A stretch of 32,000 nt of DNA from assembly GCF_900129355.1 (NCBI RefSeq), contig NZ_FQVL01000001.1:541753-573752 (forward strand). The letters are read 5' to 3'. Below, piece after piece: positions 27,032-32,000 of this stretch. The DNA comes from Seinonella peptonophila (GTDB lineage: Bacteria; Bacillota; Bacilli; Thermoactinomycetales; Thermoactinomycetaceae). The notes under the pieces are model-generated. The model was given only the letters and a program-made list of their open reading frames with translations, had not been told where the DNA came from and searched no databases. A program made the position numbers and the translations under genes. Each line of letters opens with the position of its first letter. Within the stretch, counting starts at the first letter, position 1.

Positions 27032-28747
27032 TTATTTATTTAATATTCTCAAAAGATATTTGTCAGTTCTAATATGAATATACTGAAAAATCATCGGCTG
27101 TTTTAGTTGATAGGTTAAGTCCCTGCTCTTTTTATCTTGTTGAATGGTAAATCGAAGCCGTTCTCCTTGGTTCATCATGACCAGTTCCGTTTCATCTTTA
27201 GGATTCCATTTCTTGGGCAATGGGATAGAAGATAATCGTTTCATTTGCGTAGTCACTTGTACTAATTCGATTGAATGGCTTGGATGATAAAAGAGAATAA
27301 ATCGCTCAGAAGTTAATGACTCTAATTCAATCAGAGGTATACTCTTTTCATCATCTTGCCCCTGCCACCGGTAATGAAAAGTTGGACAATATGGATACTG
27401 AAATTGGGATTGTTCCATCAATATGATTTGTTTAGACTGCTCTACCAGATTTCCATGTACTAATTGCCCACCATCTTTCTGTCTCCATAATAATTGAGCC
27501 CTATTATTTTTTGTTACTTTCACTTGTTGGATATGGGTCATCCAATTCCCAAGAAAAAAGAGCTGGTACTCCTTTTCACTTAACACCGGTCCCACGATCA
27601 ACCACTTTTGATCTTGTGAAGATACATTTATGTAAAGGGGCTTATTGGGCTGAAAGATCAATTGAAATTTATATTCCTGCTTTGGCTTTAAATGAAAGGT
27701 CGAACTGGCGCGATCTTGCGTGGAAATCTTTTTCTTATGCCCAGCAATGATATAGGGATATCCTTGATGATCAAAATGTAGACCAAAGCGCTCCTTATCA
27801 GGAGTAACAAAAAAAGCAGAAAAAGGCGATACTTCTTTCTGAATAAAGGAGAATTGCACCACTGTTGGTTGTTTTAAGGTTTGATTCATATATAAGCTAC
27901 TAATCTTTTGATCGTGAAAAGAGATTTGAGGAATGGTGATAACATCAGCATGTTTATTCTGCTGAACGCTTGTAGAAGAGACTGGTTTTAGCCAATCATT
28001 AACAAAATGTAAGCTCAAGCCCATTCCTAACATAGAAAATGCTGTAATCCCAATCCACCAATACTTTTTCCCCTTTCTTGAATGAACCTTTCGTCTAGGA
28101 ACGGTTGCAAAATGAGCTTGTTCACATAGTTGTAGCATATCTTCGGGTGTAATCAATGGCTCAAAACTTCGGTAAAGTAACTCTCTAATCTGGATGGGTA
28201 AACAACTTTGTAAGGATGAGATAGTAGCATCTTTTTTCCCGGTTAAAAGAAAAGGAAATAAGCCTCTCCAACTATTCTCAAATTGTTCAACAGCTTCTCC
28301 AACTGAACTGCAAAGTTTTACAAACAAAAGATAAGGTTGGTGAACCAAGAAAATATCTTCTGGCTCCATATGAACAACCATAGGGATCTCATAATGAAGC
28401 AGATGAATCGCTGTTCGTAGCAGATTTTGATATAGCTTGATCGCTTGATCTGGTAGCATCGGTTTTTTTATTGTGACTAACTGAGTTAAAGGGCGAAGTT
28501 TCATATATGGATGAACCAAAATCAATCGATTCCCAGACTGTATCACTTGTTTGATAGGGTATAAATATGGATATGTAAGCTGTGCCATCAATTGTTGCAC
28601 ATGGTTGATATCACGATATGGATTATAAATCTCTTGAAGATAAACTTGTTCCCCTTGGGTTGAATTAGACAAGATAAGCTGACCTTTTGGATACCGTATC
28701 ACATCCTTTACCTGAAAAGTCTCGTAATAGTGCTTTTCCTCACTCAA
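27032..28747 (-). CDS. Membrane-anchored pseudokinase-like protein, paralog A (hypothetical)
   Basis: It aligns block-for-block with paralog B (VKDVI, YLQEI, LMAQLTYPYLYPI, LILVHPY, VVHMEPEDIFLV, SWRGLFPFLLTG). One TM helix (YWWIGITAFSMLGMGLSL) precedes a beta-rich C-terminal half. TTG start with an AAGAGGAA SD. The gap to paralog B is 32 nt. Confidence 0.6.
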   Translation of the reverse strand: MSEEKHYYETFQVKDVIRYPKGQLILSNSTQGEQVYLQEIYNPYRDINHVQQLMAQLTYPYLYPIKQVIQSGNRLILVHPYMKLRPLTQLVTIKKPMLPDQAIKLYQNLLRTAIHLLHYEIPMVVHMEPEDIFLVHQPYLLFVKLCSSVGEAVEQFENSWRGLFPFLLTGKKDATISSLQSCLPIQIRELLYRSFEPLITPEDMLQLCEQAHFATVPRRKVHSRKGKKYWWIGITAFSMLGMGLSLHFVNDWLKPVSSTSVQQNKHADVITIPQISFHDQKISSLYMNQTLKQPTVVQFSFIQKEVSPFSAFFVTPDKERFGLHFDHQGYPYIIAGHKKKISTQDRASSTFHLKPKQEYKFQLIFQPNKPLYINVSSQDQKWLIVGPVLSEKEYQLFFLGNWMTHIQQVKVTKNNRAQLLWRQKDGGQLVHGNLVEQSKQIILMEQSQFQYPYCPTFHYRWQGQDDEKSIPLIELESLTSERFILFYHPSHSIELVQVTTQMKRLSSIPLPKKWNPKDETELVMMNQGERLRFTIQQDKKSRDLTYQLKQPMIFQYIHIRTDKYLLRILNK

Positions 28748-28847
28748 GTTCAGTTCCTCTTTTCTAAAATATACTATCGCTTCCGAATGATGAAAAAGTC
28801 TATTACCAATTATACTAAATTTTTTCTAATCTTCCATCTTTAGATTT

Positions 28848-29669
28848 TTATCTATGAAAAGTCCAATTCGAATGTGCATATTTTTCCTTAACTAACCTTT
28901 CCGCAAGATCCTCTTCATACTTTGATAACGCCCCTTTTCTAAACGAAACACCTAACCCTTCTGAAAACCCGTTCAAAAGTGCATTTTCAAGCTCCAATAT
29001 GGTAGGTAGTGGATGTAACCATTCTGCCAATGATGTGGATCTTCTTTGAAAATCGATTTGTAAATTTTGACGTTGTCTCTCTGAACGAAAATTTAGTAAC
29101 TGAAATAAAACATGATCATGCGATGCTAAAAGCAATGAACCATGTTGCAGCAACATATTATTTTGACGAGTTTGGGCACTTCCAACTAGTTTTCGTCCAT
29201 CAATCTCAATTTCATATGAGGAGGAAGTATCAAAACAAGCTGCCGATGTTAGAGATCCTTTTGTGATTGCCTTTGAATTTGTTTTAGATAGAGGCAAATC
29301 GAACTGTTTTAAGGCTACAACCAATCCTTGACTAATCCATCGGTGAGAATCGGTTATAGATTTTGGAACCATTTCATTTTCAAGCGGCGAGATTAAACTA
29401 TAAGTGACCTCTTGATCATGTAGGACAGCTCTTCCGCCTGTTAGTCTACGAACCATTTCTACATTGTGTAGCTTTAATTGATCCTTCTTTACTGCTTGCT
29501 CCGCTTTTTGAAAATAACCTATCGAAAGACCAGCAGGTTTCCAACCATATAAGCGTACAGTTGGTGGAACAAGACCTTTCCGACAAGCAATCATCATCGC
29601 CTCATCAATCGCCATGTTAAGCGCAGGATGAAATCTTTGATAAGTAAGAAATCGCCATTTCTTCCCCAT
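28848..29669 (-). CDS. lipM: Octanoyltransferase / lipoate-protein ligase family protein (LipM-like)
   Basis: LplA/LipB-type catalytic domain (LRLYGWKPAGLSIGYFQ, RRLTGGRAVLHD.EVTYS, GRKLVGSAQTR) with a Cys in AACF where LipM has its acyl-thioester Cys. Synteny matches B. subtilis yqhM near gcvPB. The ATG overlaps the upstream stop (TAATG). Confidence 0.8.
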   Translation of the reverse strand: MGKKWRFLTYQRFHPALNMAIDEAMMIACRKGLVPPTVRLYGWKPAGLSIGYFQKAEQAVKKDQLKLHNVEMVRRLTGGRAVLHDQEVTYSLISPLENEMVPKSITDSHRWISQGLVVALKQFDLPLSKTNSKAITKGSLTSAACFDTSSSYEIEIDGRKLVGSAQTRQNNMLLQHGSLLLASHDHVLFQLLNFRSERQRQNLQIDFQRRSTSLAEWLHPLPTILELENALLNGFSEGLGVSFRKGALSKYEEDLAERLVKEKYAHSNWTFHR

Positions 29670-30160
29670 TAACGATCCTCCTCATATTCAATTCGATGCT
29701 CAACTTGCTTTGGCAAATGATGAATACTCGTTCGAAGAAACGCTGGATAGAGTGGTGCATCTTTCAGTTCATCCAAAGGAATCCATTCAAATAGAAACTT
29801 GGAATCATTTTCTTCGATGGTAAATCTTGTTTGATCTAAAATCGGATTCCAATTGACCGGTTGAACTAAATAATAAAAGCACAGTTCATGAAAATTTGTG
29901 CCTTTATCCAGAAAAAAATTCTCTACTATGTAACATAGCCGATTAATCTTCACTTCAATCCCTAATTCTTCCTCCATTTCTCGAATGACCGTTTTGGTAG
30001 ATGGCTCAAACCATTCACACCTTCCGCCTGGCAACAACCATGTTTCCCAGTCAATAAATCGGTGTAAGAGAACTTTCTGTTGATGAATCAAGATTGCAGC
30101 TACCCGGTAATTAAAACGATCTTTTTCTTGATGAAATGATATCAATTTTGTACGCTCCAT
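29669..30160 (-). CDS. NUDIX hydrolase
   Basis: Nudix box GGRCEWFEPSTKTVIREMEEELGI (GX5EX7REUXEEXGU). The start is ambiguous: the track start at 30220 overlaps the upstream gene by 79 nt, and internal ATGs at 30181 and 30160 are more plausible. I chose 30160. Confidence 0.75.
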   Translation of the reverse strand: MERTKLISFHQEKDRFNYRVAAILIHQQKVLLHRFIDWETWLLPGGRCEWFEPSTKTVIREMEEELGIEVKINRLCYIVENFFLDKGTNFHELCFYYLVQPVNWNPILDQTRFTIEENDSKFLFEWIPLDELKDAPLYPAFLRTSIHHLPKQVEHRIEYEEDR

Positions 30161-30771
30161 TCTTGTTCGAGTTTTATGCATCGTCCATGAAATTGCTGAA
30201 CATCTGTGCCATATGTCCAATCTAATAACTTTGGTTGTAAATGATCTTCGTATGCTTGATACTCCATTTCACCCCTCCAACGTGTCACGACAAGGAAGCG
30301 ATCACGATCAATCTGTTCTTCAGCAAAAAAGCCTCCCAACATTCCAGGCGCATGTGACATGCTAAGATTCCAAACACTCTGCTGAACTAGCATAAATTGT
30401 TCTCTTTGCCCTGTTTTTACGCGAATATCACTAATTTTCATCAGGCTATCTTCATTTATAGGCCCAGCTAAGAAATCCTCGTCGACTTGTCCAGGTATAT
30501 CAATAATTTTTTCATATTCCTGGGTAGAGCAATAACGGACGAGATGTTGGGAAACACATATAGACTGATATTGATGATAATTTTGTTCGTAACTGTGCTG
30601 GTCTTTCCAACATGTTAAAATTGATGCCTCACTTGATTTCTCTACATTCCAACCACCTAACTGCCCTATTAATCCAGCGATCTGCAAATCTTGAATTCTA
30701 TTTGCTTGCGCTTCCGAAAAAGCTTGCCGCTGTGAAATGGGCACTTTACAAATTGTCCATGTCACAATCAT
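30142..30771 (-). CDS. Tandem ABM/dimeric alpha-beta-barrel protein (DUF4937-like)
   Basis: MIVTWTICKVPISQRQAFSEAQ...GLIGQLGGW resembles the DUF4937 N-terminal pattern, and a second similar half (KISDIRVKTGQREQFMLVQQSVW...GMLGGFF) follows. ATG 30771 follows an AAGGGGA SD. The track's TTG 30804 has no SD. Confidence 0.55.
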   Translation of the reverse strand: MIVTWTICKVPISQRQAFSEAQANRIQDLQIAGLIGQLGGWNVEKSSEASILTCWKDQHSYEQNYHQYQSICVSQHLVRYCSTQEYEKIIDIPGQVDEDFLAGPINEDSLMKISDIRVKTGQREQFMLVQQSVWNLSMSHAPGMLGGFFAEEQIDRDRFLVVTRWRGEMEYQAYEDHLQPKLLDWTYGTDVQQFHGRCIKLEQEWSVQN

Positions 30772-31000
30772 GTCAGGGTCCCCTTTATCAGAGAAAATCA
30801 CCAAAATAATCCATAAACACCATTTCTGTTTCTCTGTTTATTTGCTTTTTCCTTTTTCATTCGTTGATAATCAGATATGAAGTCAAAGTAACTATTTCCA
30901 CATTTTCTTTTAACAAAAACCCATTCACTCAAGATAATCCAATTAAGATTCTTATGCATATTAAAATAATTTGTTTCTGCATTCTAATAGATAAACTGTA

Positions 31001-31037
31001 AATAAAAAACTCCAGTGTTTGATCACAAACCTGGAGT
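31001..31037 (-). terminator. Intrinsic terminator downstream of gcvPB
   Basis: The minus-strand RNA reads ACUCCAGGUUUG-UGAU-CAAAC(A)CUGGAGU (12 bp, one bulge), followed by UUUUUUAUUU. Confidence 0.75.
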
Positions 31038-31120
31038 CAATTCGTAAACAAAGATCATTCTATTTCTTAGTCATTTTCTACATTGAATATACATATCTAA
31101 AGTTATCTGCATTGATAGAA

Positions 31121-32000
31121 CTAGTCCTCTTTTCTCCATCGTAAAACTGGCTTTCTAGCTGCTCGCACTTCATCTAATCGCTTCACAACTGTCGTATGTG
31201 GAGCATCTTGAACAAGTTCTGGCTCATGTTCAATCTCCTTGGCAATTTGCAGCATCACATCTATAAATTGATCTAATGTTTCTTTGCTCTCTGTTTCTGT
31301 TGGTTCAATCATCATAGATTCTTCTACGATTAACGGAAAGTAGATGGTAGGTGGATGAATTCCAAAATCGAGTAAGCGTTTTGCGATGTCCAGTGTCCGA
31401 ACGCCTTGCTCCTTTTGTCTTTTACCAGAAAAGACAAATTCATGCATACAGTAACCTTTATAAGGAACATCATAAGCTTCTGCTAGAGATGCCAGTAAGT
31501 AATTTGCATGAAGCACTGCATTTTCCGATACTTTTTTCAAACCATCTGAACCCATCGTCCGAATGTAAGTATATGCACGAACAAGAATTCCAAAGTTTCC
31601 ATAATAGCTCTTCACTCTGCCAATAGACTGTAATAAGCCGTCTTTCAAATGATAGGTGCCATCTTCATTCTGTTCAATTATGGGTGAAGGAAGGAATGGA
31701 ACTAATGCATTTTTTACACCAACTGGTCCCGCTCCTGGTCCGCCGCCACCATGAGGGGTTGTAAATGTCTTATGCAAATTGAGATGAACAACATCAAAAC
31801 CCATATCTCCCGGTCTTGAAATTCCCAAAATAGCATTTGCATTTGCCCCATCATAATAGAGCATACCGCCAGCTTGGTGAACAAGGTTAGCTATTTCGAT
31901 TATTTCCCGTTCAAATAATCCTAGTGTGTTTGGATTGGTTAACATTAAAGCAGCAGTATCTTCACCTAACACTTGACGGAGATGCTCAATGCTTACAAGC
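31121..32000 (-). CDS. gcvPB: Glycine dehydrogenase (decarboxylating) subunit 2 (partial; N-terminal part lies beyond the window)
   Basis: [40 protein letters not shown] (PLP-lysine region) and the C-terminal KPVLRW. The frame stays open upstream of the track's GTG at 31972 (..[15 protein letters not shown]), so the gene continues past 32000. Confidence 0.95.
   Translation of the reverse strand, partial: LVSIEHLRQVLGEDTAALMLTNPNTLGLFEREIIEIANLVHQAGGMLYYDGANANAILGISRPGDMGFDVVHLNLHKTFTTPHGGGGPGAGPVGVKNALVPFLPSPIIEQNEDGTYHLKDGLLQSIGRVKSYYGNFGILVRAYTYIRTMGSDGLKKVSENAVLHANYLLASLAEAYDVPYKGYCMHEFVFSGKRQKEQGVRTLDIAKRLLDFGIHPPTIYFPLIVEESMMIEPTETESKETLDQFIDVMLQIAKEIEHEPELVQDAPHTTVVKRLDEVRAARKPVLRWRKED

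Noticed and set aside
5770-30804. 5' extensions of ORF-track models (nusB 5784, DUF2273 6076, amaP 6675, spoIIIAH 9651, MFS 15589, DUF441 16902, efp 19177, yqhQ 20834, small membrane protein 21735, patatin 23694, NUDIX 30220, DUF4937-like 30804)
   Set aside because: In each case the upstream TTG, GTG or ATG sits inside or before the real SD, or overlaps the preceding gene. A downstream ATG has proper SD spacing and gives an N-terminus that matches the family.
1042-31626. About 35 short ORFs (60-138 aa) in the track that lie antisense or out of frame inside larger genes (e.g. 1042-1257, 2249-2554, 4346-4612, 7941-8261, 10681-10878, 19194-19610, 20862-21207, 27511-27750, 31351-31626)
   Set aside because: Each is fully embedded in a longer ORF with a clear family identity. 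None has a convincing RBS, and their sequences are low-complexity. They are treated as chance frames.
1-32000. Looked for CRISPR repeats, tRNA/rRNA genes, IS elements, integrases, phage genes and defence-island hallmarks
   Set aside because: None found. There are no regularly spaced direct repeats, no tRNA-like T-loop or acceptor patterns, and no transposase- or recombinase-like ORFs. Apart from 14.3-15.08 kb, the composition is uniform.

Overview
The window is low-GC chromosomal core DNA from an endospore-forming Firmicute (Bacillales-like). Almost all of it is housekeeping or sporulation genes, collinear with the B. subtilis yqh/yqi region. Reading right to left on the minus strand: gcvPB, lipM, mntR, a patatin-like gene (yqhO-like), aroQ, papA, efp, the eight-gene spoIIIAA-AH operon, accB-accC, an Asp23/AmaP/DUF2273 cluster, nusB, xseA-xseB-ispA, dxs and tlyA. 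yqhQ lies on the plus strand. I saw no rRNA, tRNA, CRISPR array, transposase or integrase. Two things are not ordinary. (1) About 14.3-15.08 kb holds a short cassette whose composition clashes with the host. It is a 171-aa orphan ORF with G/C-ending codons, ending in a 38-nt perfect GC palindrome. It lies in the gap between the spoIIIAA upstream region and a zinc-ribbon gene, downstream of a sigmaA-like promoter and a ~180-nt leader containing a 49-codon sORF. (2) About 25.3-28.7 kb holds two tandem paralogous ~570-aa membrane proteins with degenerate (pseudo)kinase-like N-terminal domains and unrecognised beta-rich C-terminal halves. They sit beside a metallophosphoesterase between mntR and lipM, which are adjacent in B. 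subtilis. Several ORF-track starts are 5'-over-extended into Shine-Dalgarno (SD) sequences, and I corrected them by reading the ribosome-binding sites. All GC statements are by-eye estimates, and no database search was possible.
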